Positions 38,704 through 48,398 of a stretch of 64,000 bases of DNA are shown here, one piece after another (position 1 is the first letter of the stretch; the number at the start of each line of letters is the position of its first letter). This DNA comes from an uncultured cyanobacterium (GTDB lineage Bacteria > Cyanobacteriota > Cyanobacteriia > CAKZMO01). The notes under the pieces were generated by a model. It had not been told where the DNA came from. It ran no database searches and saw only the letters and a list, made by a program, of their open reading frames with translations. Location of the stretch: the NCBI GenBank assembly GCA_963719515.1, contig CAVRCJ010000006.1:368029-432028 (forward strand), given 5' to 3'. The translations under genes were made by a program, and so were the position numbers.

Positions 38704-38776
38704 AAACGTGAATCAGTGATTGGGTCTTGAGATTGGCAAGGGTGCGTTTAAAGGCTAGAAAAACCGGGAGAGACGG

Positions 38777-40039
38777 CTAAACAGAAGCTTGACTTGAATC
38801 TCTTAGACCAAACGAGCCGGTGACAGCAGACTGCGGCATTTGTTTTTCTGAAAACAGCTCCTTTAAGACGAGTGCTTCAGCAGTGGCGTCGTGATAGCTC
38901 CGAATCCGTGCCTTCCCTTGCTCCCCCATCGTTTCGAGGGTCTCTCTAGATGACTCTAGCGCAGCTCTAACCGCCTCTGCGAGTTTTTCAATAGCGCCGG
39001 GAGGAACGAGCCATCCACAGCAGCCAGGCTCGACTAGTTCCGGAATACCGGCGACGTAGGTGCTGACAACCGGTCGCCCGAGAGCCAGCGACTCCATAAT
39101 GACAACGGGTAAACCTTCTGCAAAACTGGGTAAAACTGAAATCTTTGAGCTAACTATATAGTCCTTAACTTCTGAGCTACTCGCCCAGCCGGTGATTGTA
39201 ACTTGATCCGTTAGGTTGAGGTCTCGGATGCGGTCTTCGATGGGCGATCGCAGAGGACCATCGCCAACAAGCACTAGGCTGAACGGAACCTGCTCCTTCG
39301 CGAGCAGTCCAGCGGCCTCAATCAGCATCAAGTGCCCCTTCTGCTCAGAAAGTCTCCCGACACAAACTAGCTGGGGCGTATCGGGTAGATCGTGCGTAGG
39401 GGCAGAGAGGTACTCTTGATCGACGCCGCAGCGAACAATTTTTATCTTGGACCAGTGCTCGAAGCTGCACCAGCGATAGAGCTGACTACGCCCAAATGAG
39501 CTGATGGCCACCACAAACTTAGCTCGCTCTATCTTTTGGGTCAGGCCAATCCCCCCTACCCGATCAAACTCCTCTGGGCCATGGACCGTAAAGCTGTAGG
39601 GGATGCCGCTCAGCTCGCTGGCCAGCATCGCCACAGTTGCCGAGTTAGTGCCAAAATGGGCGTGCAGGTGGGTCACACCGTCAGCTATCAGCCAGTTTGC
39701 CAGGGTGCAGGCCTCAACAAGATAGATGAGGTGGTACAGGATGCCGCGATCGCCCTGCTGTCCCTGCTTAAGCGCTAGCGTCAGCGCTGCGACAAAAGCG
39801 ACGGGATGAGTGAGTAGCGCTTTAACAAAGCTCCAAAGTAAAATATACGGTGGCTGGCTCAAGACAACCTTTGTCTTTTGGAGTTCTTGCTTGTCAGCCT
39901 CGTCGACAAGTTCTCCACTGCAAGAGCGGATTGAAAACCGCATCACTGCTACGCCGTGGCTCTCTAGGCTCAGAATTTCTCTGCGAATAAAGCTGTGGCT
40001 GACTTTGGGATATTGATTGACTAGATACGCAACGCTAGA
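38777..40039 (-). CDS. family-4 glycosyltransferase (WcaL-like)
   Basis: EGLPVVIMESLALGRPVVSTYVAGIPELV is present. I chose a shorter start. Confidence 0.75.
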   Translation of the reverse strand, partial: SSVAYLVNQYPKVSHSFIRREILSLESHGVAVMRFSIRSCSGELVDEADKQELQKTKVVLSQPPYILLWSFVKALLTHPVAFVAALTLALKQGQQGDRGILYHLIYLVEACTLANWLIADGVTHLHAHFGTNSATVAMLASELSGIPYSFTVHGPEEFDRVGGIGLTQKIERAKFVVAISSFGRSQLYRWCSFEHWSKIKIVRCGVDQEYLSAPTHDLPDTPQLVCVGRLSEQKGHLMLIEAAGLLAKEQVPFSLVLVGDGPLRSPIEDRIRDLNLTDQVTITGWASSSEVKDYIVSSKISVLPSFAEGLPVVIMESLALGRPVVSTYVAGIPELVEPGCCGWLVPPGAIEKLAEAVRAALESSRETLETMGEQGKARIRSYHDATAEALVLKELFSEKQMPQSAVTGSFGLRDSSQASV

Positions 40040-40690
40040 CATATATAATTTAGATAGAGAAAATAAGGTAAACGAGTAGTAAGATTCAATATTGAAATCG
40101 GCGATATCGCGGTAAGCCGCGTCAGCGAGTCGCAACCATGACCAACCCTTATCTGAGACCCGAGCTGTGGGTCTAGTCTAGTTAACCCCGGCTAAAGGTT
40201 GTCAAAACATTGGTTCTGAGAGCATCGATTTTACTCAGCTATCCACAAGCACTCTATAGGCTAGAGGGCCTGCCACCTCTAAAGGTAGGTTAGGACGTGT
40301 AAAGCTCGACTATTTCCCGCCAGACAATCATCGACTCTTCATTATTCCTAAAATAGCTTCAAATTTTAATAAAATTCAGCAGGCTGGCATAATCCTGCCA
40401 AGTGCTTAGCCAGAGAAGGTTTGAGGCAACACCATCTGCTTCCACGAGCCTCTATTCGCCTGCAAAGGACATCTCCTTTGGAGATTAATTTGCAAATCCT
40501 TTATGTTTCACTGAGTTTCCCTGGCTGAAGCTTTACAACTTGGACGAAGTTAGGCGCAAATTGTTTCGGGGTCCACAGGCATACTTTAGGTATATTTAAC
40601 GAAGAGCGTCACGCGACTTTCAGCCTTAAATAGAGATTAGGGCAAAAAAAGGCAGCGGCCTAGAGAAAAGATACTTCATGCCTCAACAAT

Positions 40691-41338
40691 TTGCTGCACT
40701 GCTCTCACAAGCTGCCGCGCTTAATTGAGACCTGCATATTTGATTTTATGATGAACAACCCCTCACGCTCTCCGATTTCAGCAACTGAACCCGATTGGAG
40801 CCGAGAAGAGCCTTCAGCGCTTTGGGAGCCTTCGAAGCAGCTTATGAAAGCCATTCGTCGCTACCAGGCTTGGCAAGACAGAACAGGACCAATAGCCTGG
40901 GGAACCTGTAAGCTGGCGGTGCTGCAGCACCGTTTTTGGAGCGTTGTCACGGGAGCCGACGTTCCCATTAATTGCCAGATTGGTGGAGGGCTGGTTTTGC
41001 CCCACCCCAATGGCGTCGTGATTCACCCCGAGGCTCGTATTGGACCGAACTGCGTCTTTTTTCAGCAGGTGACCGTGGTGGCTGGGGTCACGGTGGGAGG
41101 ACAAGTCAATATCACCGCAGGGGCGAAGATCATCCGCCCCGTGACGATTGGAAACCACGCCAAAATCGGGGCAAACGCGGTGGTCCGATGCGATGTTCCT
41201 GCTGGTGCAACAGCTGTAGGCGTTCCGGCCCGGGTGATTCTGCCGCGTCGCGCCGAGGCCGATGACGGCCAAGCTGAGAGACAGTCTGCTCCGTCTCAGC
41301 CTGTAAGCCTGAGCCATCAAGAGAGCGGCACGGCTTAA
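40691..41338 (+). CDS. hexapeptide-repeat (left-handed beta-helix) acetyltransferase, serine O-acetyltransferase-like
   Basis: Tandem hexapeptide repeats of the form IGPNCVFFQQVTVVAGVTVGGQVNITAGAKII...IGANAVV are present. Confidence 0.7.
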   Translation: MLHCSHKLPRLIETCIFDFMMNNPSRSPISATEPDWSREEPSALWEPSKQLMKAIRRYQAWQDRTGPIAWGTCKLAVLQHRFWSVVTGADVPINCQIGGGLVLPHPNGVVIHPEARIGPNCVFFQQVTVVAGVTVGGQVNITAGAKIIRPVTIGNHAKIGANAVVRCDVPAGATAVGVPARVILPRRAEADDGQAERQSAPSQPVSLSHQESGTA

Positions 41339-41348
41339 ACCGCGGCCC

Positions 41349-41939
41349 TCATGTTACAGGCTTATTTAAACCTGGGGCGACGCGTAGCGAGTACTCGGTG
41401 TGGATGTCCCATTGAGTCCTGTAGACCAGTAGAGTCAGGCGATCGCAGACAAACTCAAAGTGAACCGGACGCGATTGTAGGTCGTCCCAGGCTCGGCGAA
41501 ACAGCGCTGGAGACAGGTTGCGTGAGGCCACGGTGACGTGAGGAGAAAAGGAGCGCGACTTGGCCTTAGGATCGCTAATGCTGCAGTGGGCGCTGAGGTG
41601 GCGGGCAATCTGAGCCTGTAGCGTTAGCAGGGCCTCAGTCTTTTCGACATTTATGTAGAGGACGCGGGGCTCAAATGCGCTGAACCCATTGAGGCAGATT
41701 GGTACCGGAGCCTGTCGGGCGGCGATCGCCTCAATCTGTTGAGCGAGCTTGCTGATGGAGTTAGTATTGGTGGCCCAAAGGAAAGGGGGCTGCAGCGTGA
41801 TGTGGGGGGCAGCTTTGGCGGTACTGGTGCGGTAGCGCTTTCGCAGCTCGGCAATCACGCCGCTGGCATAAGCTTCAACCTCTGGGGCTAGCATTAGGGC
41901 GATGAAGAAGCGCGCTGGGTCTGAATTAGACAGGGTCAT
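41349..41939 (-). CDS. 2H phosphoesterase family protein (LigT/ThpR-like RNA 2',3'-cyclic phosphodiesterase)
   Basis: It has two H-x-T/S-x motifs, HITL and HVTV. Confidence 0.65.
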   Translation of the reverse strand: MTLSNSDPARFFIALMLAPEVEAYASGVIAELRKRYRTSTAKAAPHITLQPPFLWATNTNSISKLAQQIEAIAARQAPVPICLNGFSAFEPRVLYINVEKTEALLTLQAQIARHLSAHCSISDPKAKSRSFSPHVTVASRNLSPALFRRAWDDLQSRPVHFEFVCDRLTLLVYRTQWDIHTEYSLRVAPGLNKPVT

Positions 41940-42027
41940 GGGAGCTAGATAATGTCGCTAGACAGACTTTGCATTAGTGGTCAATGGTGTCACAGTAGTA
42001 GGTAGCGATCGTCTCAAGGGAGAACCT

Positions 42028-42669
42028 ATGGTAACTATTGCTGTCATTGATTACGATATGGGCAATCTGCACTCTGCCTGCAAGGGCATCGAGCAGGCCG
42101 GCGGCCATCCTAATATTACCGACCGCGCCAGCGATATTCTCAGCGCTGATGCCGTCATTCTCCCAGGGGTAGGCGCTTTTGACCCCGCCGTGCGCCATAT
42201 CCGCGCCCGCGACTTGGCCGGACCCATCCGCGATGCGATCGACAGCGGCAAGCCATTCCTAGGCATTTGTCTGGGGCTACAGATTTTGCTAGAGGGCTCT
42301 GAGGAAGGGCGAGAGCCGGGGTTAGGGCTTATTCCCGGCATGATTCGCAAGTTTCAGCCAGAGCCCAGCATTACCATCCCGCAGATGGGGTGGAACCAGC
42401 TCGATCTGACCCAGCCCAGTCTGCCGCTCTGGAATCAGATGCCCCCTAACCCCTGGGTCTATTTCGTTCACTCTTACTACGCCGACCCCACAGACCCCGA
42501 CGTGGTTGCCGCCACCGTCACCCACGGCTCTCAAGTTGTGACCGCTGCGATCGCCAAGGGCAACCTCAGCGCTGTGCAGTTCCACCCGGAGAAATCTTCA
42601 ACGGCGGGGCTACAGCTGCTCGCCAACTTCGTCCAAACCGTCCAGCAGGCTTCGGCTGTGGCAGTCTAG
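42028..42669 (+). CDS. hisH: imidazole glycerol phosphate synthase, glutamine amidotransferase subunit
   Basis: The N-terminus IAVIDYDMGNLHSACKGIE, the catalytic Cys in GICLGLQIL and a His-Glu pair near the C-terminus (HPE) are present. An AAGGGAG RBS precedes the start. Confidence 0.92.
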   Translation: MVTIAVIDYDMGNLHSACKGIEQAGGHPNITDRASDILSADAVILPGVGAFDPAVRHIRARDLAGPIRDAIDSGKPFLGICLGLQILLEGSEEGREPGLGLIPGMIRKFQPEPSITIPQMGWNQLDLTQPSLPLWNQMPPNPWVYFVHSYYADPTDPDVVAATVTHGSQVVTAAIAKGNLSAVQFHPEKSSTAGLQLLANFVQTVQQASAVAV

Positions 42670-42704
42670 CCAGCGGCTTCGCTGAGCTGTTCGCGCAGGT
42701 CGCT

Positions 42705-43289
42705 ATGGCGCTTCGTATCTACGGAAATCGTCCCCTTAAAACGCTGCCGGGGCAGAAAACGAGACCGACGTCAGCGCGGGTACGAGAGGCCGTATTCAAT
42801 ATCCTCCAGGGCGACGTTTCGGGCTGCCGCTGGCTAGACCTTTGCGCCGGCAGTGGAGCCATGGGGGCAGAGGCACTTTGCCGGGGAGCCTGCTACGCCC
42901 TGGGCATTGAGCGCTCTGGGCCGGCCTGCGCTGTGGTCTCCCACAACTGGCGGCAGGTCGCTGGCCCCGGCCAAACGTTTGATGTGGTCCGAGGAGACTT
43001 AGTGAAGCAGCTCCCCAGGCTCAAGCGACCTCCCTTCGACTACATTTACTTCGATCCGCCCTACGCCAGCGATCTCTATGAGCCCGCACTGCAGGCGATC
43101 GCCACCTACGCGCTTCTACAGCAGGGGGGAGCCCTCATTGTCGAACATGCCGACGACAAAATGCTCCCCCCTGAAGTTTTAAGCCAAGACAATTCCAAGG
43201 ACTCGCCTCAGCTAAGGCGCTACCGACAAAAGACCTATGGACACACCCAGCTCTCGTTTTATGCCGTTGATTGTGCTGCTGCGCTTTAG
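42705..43289 (+). CDS. rsmD: 16S rRNA (guanine966-N2)-methyltransferase
   Basis: The DPPY motif in YIYFDPPYA and SAM-binding DLCAGSGAMG are present. Confidence 0.8.
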   Translation: MALRIYGNRPLKTLPGQKTRPTSARVREAVFNILQGDVSGCRWLDLCAGSGAMGAEALCRGACYALGIERSGPACAVVSHNWRQVAGPGQTFDVVRGDLVKQLPRLKRPPFDYIYFDPPYASDLYEPALQAIATYALLQQGGALIVEHADDKMLPPEVLSQDNSKDSPQLRRYRQKTYGHTQLSFYAVDCAAAL

Positions 43290-43321
43290 CGCAGCAGATT
43301 AATCGCCTGTGATTGGTTGTC

Positions 43322-43435
43322 CTATAGATCGAGCTGGTTGCCGCGTCGATACTGCAAATAGGCAGCAACAAACAGACCTGCCAGCGTGATAGGAATTAGA
43401 CCCAGTACAATCCCAGATAGTAAAGGCTCAACCAT
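43322..43435 (-). CDS. petG: cytochrome b6-f complex subunit 5 (PetG), 37 aa. It is absent from the ORF track because it is shorter than 60 aa.
   Basis: The reverse-strand translation [37 protein letters not shown] matches the canonical PetG sequence. Confidence 0.9.
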   Translation of the reverse strand: MVEPLLSGIVLGLIPITLAGLFVAAYLQYRRGNQLDL

Positions 43436-43870
43436 AGCTCAAATCTCCTTGTCGTACTTGTTGTTATCAAAATCGACCTATCGCCAGCTCGATCTAGAGT
43501 CAATTCTAGCGACTGCGGTAGGGCTACTACGATCTATATCGCCGTGATCCGTATCATTGAGATCGTATCACTGAGACAGCAGTCGTGCAGGTATTGCATC
43601 GAGCACCACGCGCCCAGTACGCTCATACGTCTTCATCGTCGCACGCTGTGGCAGTCTCATGCCGTTCACATTCCGTAACAGAGCTAAAAATAACGACACT
43701 CAACTGACCACTTTGCCCGTATCCCTCTCTCCGAAAAGATCTCCGCTGCTGAGGAGCAGGCGATTGACAGGGAAAAGCTTTGGAAAACTTCAAAGACCGC
43801 TTGAGCTGGCGTTAAGAAGGATAAAGTATTAAAGTGTTTTATTAGATAGCGACACTCTATATCCCTAGCG

Positions 43871-44263
43871 TTGACTAAAGAACTTTTGAACGAGCGTACA
43901 ACACTCAATCTCGATGTGATTATCCAAGGGTTATCCTTAGCGATAATCGCGGTGCTGTTCGCGGTGCTCCTGTTTTTGCTGGGAATGTATCAGACGCGCT
44001 ACGCCGATCCCTACATCCGCAGCGTCTTAGCGACGTCAGGTGATGCTGAGCGAGGCAGCGCAATATTTCAGATGAACTGCGGCACCTGTCACGGACTCTA
44101 CGGTGATGGGCTTGTCGGACCTAGCTTGCACGACGTCTCTGAGCGTAAGTCGCGGGTGGCTATCATCCGGCAGGTCATCAGCGGCAACACGCCACCCATG
44201 CCCCAGTTTCAGCCTAACTACAAGGACATGGCAGACCTGCTGGAGTACCTTGAAGTAATCTAG
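43871..44263 (+). CDS. membrane-anchored c-type cytochrome (CytM-like)
   Basis: It has an N-terminal TM helix and a single heme-binding CGTCH motif. Confidence 0.7.
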   Translation: MTKELLNERTTLNLDVIIQGLSLAIIAVLFAVLLFLLGMYQTRYADPYIRSVLATSGDAERGSAIFQMNCGTCHGLYGDGLVGPSLHDVSERKSRVAIIRQVISGNTPPMPQFQPNYKDMADLLEYLEVI

Positions 44264-44265
44264 CT

Positions 44266-44658
44266 TCAGGCATCAGCTTCGTAAGCCTCTAAAGGTAAGT
44301 CGTCTGGATCAAAGAAGAAGGTGAACTTGCGGTTGGTTAGCTTATCTACGCGAACGGGTTCGACGTCAACCCCTTGCTCGATCAGATATTCCGCAAATTC
44401 GTCAACGTTGTCAACGGCAAATGAGAGGTGACGCAGCCCACGAGCCTCGGGGTGAGAAGGACGCGCGGGCGGATTGGGGAAGGAGAACAGCTCAATGCGC
44501 TCGCGATCGCCCACTTTAAGGTCTAGCTTGTAGGAGTCGCGCTCGTCTCTGTAGGTCTCCTCGATAATGGGGAAGCCTAGAATCTCTGTGTAAAACAGCT
44601 TAGACCACTTGTAGTCTGAGCAGATGATGGCGACATGGTGGATCGACTTAATATGCAT
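44266..44658 (-). CDS. VOC (glyoxalase/bleomycin-resistance) family protein
   Basis: The N-terminus IHHVAIICSDYKWSKLFYTEILGF is typical of a VOC fold. Confidence 0.7.
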   Translation of the reverse strand: MHIKSIHHVAIICSDYKWSKLFYTEILGFPIIEETYRDERDSYKLDLKVGDRERIELFSFPNPPARPSHPEARGLRHLSFAVDNVDEFAEYLIEQGVDVEPVRVDKLTNRKFTFFFDPDDLPLEAYEADA

Positions 44659-44781
44659 TAATCGCAAAGGTATCGGGACGAACGATGTGCTGACTCGCAG
44701 CACATCTCAAAGTTTAGCAACTCCTTGGAAATTCTCACCGAATCTCAGCGGCAAGAGTGACCCGCCGCACAGCTGGGCTCT

Positions 44782-45141
44782 CTAGCTGCGCGAGCCCGCA
44801 ATCCGGTTGGGCAGTATCGTCGGCTCTTCCACGGCCCTCCGGAACTCTTCAACCTCTTCGTTAAAGTCAATGGGCATGACGGCAACCACGTTCTCGTGGG
44901 GTCGAGGAATAATGACCCAGGTCTCTAGAACGCCACCCGGTGTATTCTCAGCGGCCTCAACACCCGCTGCCATCGCGGCTTTGACCTCAGAGACATCGCC
45001 CCGAATGTTGACGACGAATCGGGCGCTTCCCCCACGGATATAGCCAATCAGCGTCACGCGGCCCGCCTTAACCATGGCGTCAGCGGCGGCTAGCACGGGC
45101 GGAAATCCTTTCGTTTCGAGCGATCCAACTGCCTGGGGCAT
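44782..45141 (-). CDS. ccmK: carboxysome shell protein CcmK paralog (BMC-H), CcmK3/K4 satellite type
   Basis: The sequence MPQAVGSLETKGFPPVLAAADAMVKAGRVTLIGY...IRGDVSEVKAAMAAGVEAA is a BMC domain. Confidence 0.85.
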   Translation of the reverse strand: MPQAVGSLETKGFPPVLAAADAMVKAGRVTLIGYIRGGSARFVVNIRGDVSEVKAAMAAGVEAAENTPGGVLETWVIIPRPHENVVAVMPIDFNEEVEEFRRAVEEPTILPNRIAGSRS

Positions 45142-45339
45142 ACCAACTCTCCTTACATCAATCTTGCCTGTGGATTTATCAGCGTGAAAAGCCCGTAGAA
45201 GCGCATCAGCGACCAATATCTCTACATCATTCTACGGGGGTTTGCTCCCATTTTTTGGCCCAAGCTGCTTCATCTCCGCATTTGGGCGATTCTTAAAATC
45301 TGCTTAGCGGACAGCAATGCTTCGACATAAAGAGAAACA

Positions 45340-45654
45340 TTACGAAACGCGGAAGGGTTCGGACTCTTCGGTGAAGTCAATGGGCATCACTGAGACCGTA
45401 TTGGGGGTTGGATTGGGGATGTAGCAGTGACAGGTAACCTCGCCGTTGTAGGGTAGGTCGCTCGTGGCCAGCTTGCCCGCTTCCATAGCTCGCTTAACTT
45501 CTGCCACGGGGCCTCGAATGACGACGAAGTGACGGCCACTGTCGGCCTGCTCCCGCCGCACAAAGGTGACGCGCCCCGCCTTGATCATGGCATCTGCCGC
45601 GAGCATAGAGGCAGGAAGACCGTGGGTTTCGATGACGCCAACAGCAATAGGCAT
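45340..45654 (-). CDS. ccmK: carboxysome shell protein CcmK paralog (BMC-H), CcmK3/K4 satellite type
   Basis: The sequence MPIAVGVIETHGLPASMLAADAMIKAGRVTFV...IRGPVAEVKRAMEAG is a BMC domain. Confidence 0.85.
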   Translation of the reverse strand: MPIAVGVIETHGLPASMLAADAMIKAGRVTFVRREQADSGRHFVVIRGPVAEVKRAMEAGKLATSDLPYNGEVTCHCYIPNPTPNTVSVMPIDFTEESEPFRVS

Positions 45655-45694
45655 TTGAGAGTTCTCCAGTTTCAATAGCGATGGTTTGCAGGTC

Positions 45695-46273
45695 CTAGAC
45701 CTTGAGCAGGCTAGGCTCACCAGCGGAGGCAATCACCTGCTCGCAGCGAGACTGGGGGTAAGCCCACCCGTAGTGACATTCATTGGGGTCGCCCCAGCAT
45801 AAGCCCAAATATAGCTCAGCGCGGCCCGCCTCAATCTCTACCCACTCCGCCGCCTGAATGCGCTCGTCAGCTTGCTTTGCAAAGATTGTTCGAGTCGGGT
45901 TCAGCTGCCATAGAGGCATCTGACCAGCCTGCTCTCGCCAAAAGGCCAAAATTCTGGGCTTACTCGCAATCAGGTCGTCTTTATCGCTGCCAATGGCCAC
46001 CAGCTGATTGTGAATTTCGGAAAACTGGATGACCTGTCCGTTAAACTGACAGCTGCGCTGAATGAGTCCCGATACGCTGTGGTCAATCTGATATTGGTGA
46101 ATCTGACTGCGAAAATCTCGATAGGCGTACACCTTGCTGAGCTTTTCGGTGCCCAGCGCCTTTTCCATGACCGGATCGAGCCGACTCGACGACAGAAGAA
46201 GGCGATCGCCTTTCCAAGCGGCCTGAAGCTCTTCGTCCAAAATCCGAATCAGCTGCTCGGTACTGTAGGGCAT
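45695..46273 (-). CDS. hypothetical protein, co-oriented directly upstream of the ccmK pair
   Basis: The ORF is 192 aa. I recognise no domain. Confidence 0.5.
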   Translation of the reverse strand: MPYSTEQLIRILDEELQAAWKGDRLLLSSSRLDPVMEKALGTEKLSKVYAYRDFRSQIHQYQIDHSVSGLIQRSCQFNGQVIQFSEIHNQLVAIGSDKDDLIASKPRILAFWREQAGQMPLWQLNPTRTIFAKQADERIQAAEWVEIEAGRAELYLGLCWGDPNECHYGWAYPQSRCEQVIASAGEPSLLKV

Positions 46274-46285
46274 TGTGTGGGGCAG

Positions 46286-46462
46286 CTAGTCGAGATAGCC
46301 GAGCATGTCGTCCATATTCTCAGTGGTGTTATCGCCGACGGGGCGATTGCGGGGCAGCGGACGAACGGGGGGGCGACGAATATCAATCTGCGGCGATCGC
46401 TGAATGTTGAGTCTGTCAGCGCGGGGGGTGGGCTGAATCTTGTAGCGGGGATCTGAGGTCAT
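46286..46462 (-). CDS. possible small ORF (58 aa) 12 nt upstream of the 192-aa gene
   Basis: My translation is MTSDPRYKIQPTPRADRLNIQRSPQIDIRRPPVRPLPRNRPVGDNTTENMDDMLGYLD. There is no clear RBS and it could be spurious. Confidence 0.2.
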   Translation of the reverse strand: MTSDPRYKIQPTPRADRLNIQRSPQIDIRRPPVRPLPRNRPVGDNTTENMDDMLGYLD

Positions 46463-46609
46463 GATTTAATAGCGATAATACTGTTGCCCAAGGCCAATGC
46501 GTTGGAATGTGCTGGCCAATGCCCTGAGGCTATGGACTTCTCCTATCTTACTCGCCAATCTCCCCCCAATCGCGATCGCCCTTTACTCATTCCCTAAGAC
46601 AGATACACC

Positions 46610-47371
46610 ATGGTAGATTCCCCCTGGCTCGTTGCCATTGCCCTCAATACCGTTCTAGCGGCGATCGCCTGGATTGCGCCTAAGAAGCTGCTGACTCCTA
46701 TGGGGCTGCTGCACGCCTGGGCTCTAGGGGTGCTGGTGTGGGGCACCTTGGGCTGGGCCGCATACGGCGTGATTATGGCCTATTTTTTGGTGGGGTCTGG
46801 GGTGACGCGGGTGGGAATGGTGCAGAAGGAGGCTGCGGGCATCGCGGAGAAGCGCTCTGGGGCCAGGGGACCGGAGAACGTCTGGGGTTCGGCGTTTACG
46901 GCGACGCTGTGCGCCTTGGGGGTATGGGCGATTGCGCTAGCTCAGCCTGCTGGAGCCAACGCCTGGACGGCGGCGCTGCTGCTGGGCTATGTGGCTAGCC
47001 TGAGCACCAAGCTGTCGGACACCTGCGCCAGCGAGATTGGCAAAGCCTACGGCAAGCGCACGTTTTTGATCACTACGCTGCAGCCGGTTTCTGCCGGGAC
47101 GGAGGGGGCGGTGAGCTTGGAGGGGACGCTGGCGGGCATTGTCGCATCGCTGGTTTTGGCGCTGTTGGGATGGGCGCTGGGGTTGATTGGCGCTGTGGGA
47201 GTAGGGCTCTGTGCGATCGCTGCCTTTGTGGCTACCAATTTGGAGAGCCTAATTGGGGCAACGCTCCAAGAGCAGGTGGGCTGGTTGACCAATGAGGTGG
47301 TGAATGTGATCAATACGCTAATCGGGGCGGCGGTGGCGATGGGACTGTATGGTGTGTGGCTGTGGGTGTGA
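46610..47371 (+). CDS. DUF92 / TIGR00297-family integral membrane protein
   Basis: It is a multi-TM protein with the DUF92-like motifs GAIxxxGT...SxKxxDTxASEIG. Confidence 0.7.
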   Translation: MVDSPWLVAIALNTVLAAIAWIAPKKLLTPMGLLHAWALGVLVWGTLGWAAYGVIMAYFLVGSGVTRVGMVQKEAAGIAEKRSGARGPENVWGSAFTATLCALGVWAIALAQPAGANAWTAALLLGYVASLSTKLSDTCASEIGKAYGKRTFLITTLQPVSAGTEGAVSLEGTLAGIVASLVLALLGWALGLIGAVGVGLCAIAAFVATNLESLIGATLQEQVGWLTNEVVNVINTLIGAAVAMGLYGVWLWV

Positions 47372-47455
47372 TATCAGCTGGCTTAGGCAGGCCGCGGCAT
47401 CGCAAGGCGTAGGGGTGTGGTGTACTGACCGGGTAGGGGGCTGTCCGCATAGCGC

Positions 47456-48343
47456 CTATACGCTGACATAGCGACGCACATAGCTCTCCAGCGACTCCAT
47501 CTTCAGATCAAATACCTTCTCCAAGTGAGCCACCTCATCCGCGGAGCAGAAAAACTCATTGCCCAGCAGCGTCCGCAGCGTTCCTAGAGTTTCCTTCGCC
47601 TCAGGATTCACGAAGCCCAGCGCCGTGCGCACTCCGTCTACCACCGACAGCGGCAGGTTGACAACAATGGGCTCTCGGTTAAATATCTGACCAAAGATGC
47701 GGGAAATATCCTGTCGCTGCAGCACATCGGGACCGCCCACCGCGAAAATCTCGTTACGGGCGGCCTCTGTGTTGGCCGCCGTCGCCGCAATGTGGGCTAG
47801 GTCATCAGTGCTGACAATGGAGGTGCGGGCCGTGGGCTCGCCAATGAGCAGATATAGCCCAGTTTGCTTGAACCGCTCCGCCGGGGAGACTAAGTTGGAG
47901 GCAAACCCGGAAGGCCGCAGAATCGTGTAGGACAGGCCGCTGCGCTGCAGGTACTTCTCCACCTCGCGCTTGGCCTTGAACACGGGGGAGTCCTCGTAGC
48001 CCCGGTCTGCCCCCAGCACTGAGATGAAGGTCATGTGCTGCACTCCTGCCGCCTTTGCACCATCAATGAGGTCGATATTGGCCCGGTAGTCGATGGCTTG
48101 GGGGGTGGCCTGGCTCGCTTCGTTGGTGCCGTGGGCACTGATCACATGCTGGATGCCCTGGAGCGATCGCTCAATGTCTCGGGGTTCGAGCAGATCGCCA
48201 ATGAATACATCTGCCCCCCGGCCCTCTAAATCGCCGTAGCGCGAGGAGAGCCGCGTGAATGCCCGCACGGGCTTCTCTTGCCCGCACAGCCGCTTAACAA
48301 TGCGGCGACCTAAGTCGCCTGTCGCTCCGGTTACCAAAAACAT
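47456..48343 (-). CDS. NAD(P)H-binding atypical SDR (NmrA/Ycf39-like)
   Basis: The Rossmann motif in FLVTGATGDLGRRIV is present. Confidence 0.75.
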   Translation of the reverse strand: MFLVTGATGDLGRRIVKRLCGQEKPVRAFTRLSSRYGDLEGRGADVFIGDLLEPRDIERSLQGIQHVISAHGTNEASQATPQAIDYRANIDLIDGAKAAGVQHMTFISVLGADRGYEDSPVFKAKREVEKYLQRSGLSYTILRPSGFASNLVSPAERFKQTGLYLLIGEPTARTSIVSTDDLAHIAATAANTEAARNEIFAVGGPDVLQRQDISRIFGQIFNREPIVVNLPLSVVDGVRTALGFVNPEAKETLGTLRTLLGNEFFCSADEVAHLEKVFDLKMESLESYVRRYVSV

Positions 48344-48398
48344 AAGCCCTATTCCCTTGTATGTATTGACCCGCTGTAAGACTCGATTCGCTGTCAGC

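Noticed and set aside
43135-43371. A 78-aa minus-strand ORF overlapping the rsmD 3' end and petG
   Set aside because: The true gene here is petG (43322-43435) in a different frame. The listed ORF has no features.
46010-46456. A 148-aa plus-strand ORF
   Set aside because: It is antisense to the 192-aa minus-strand gene and the possible 58-aa ORF. It has no motifs.
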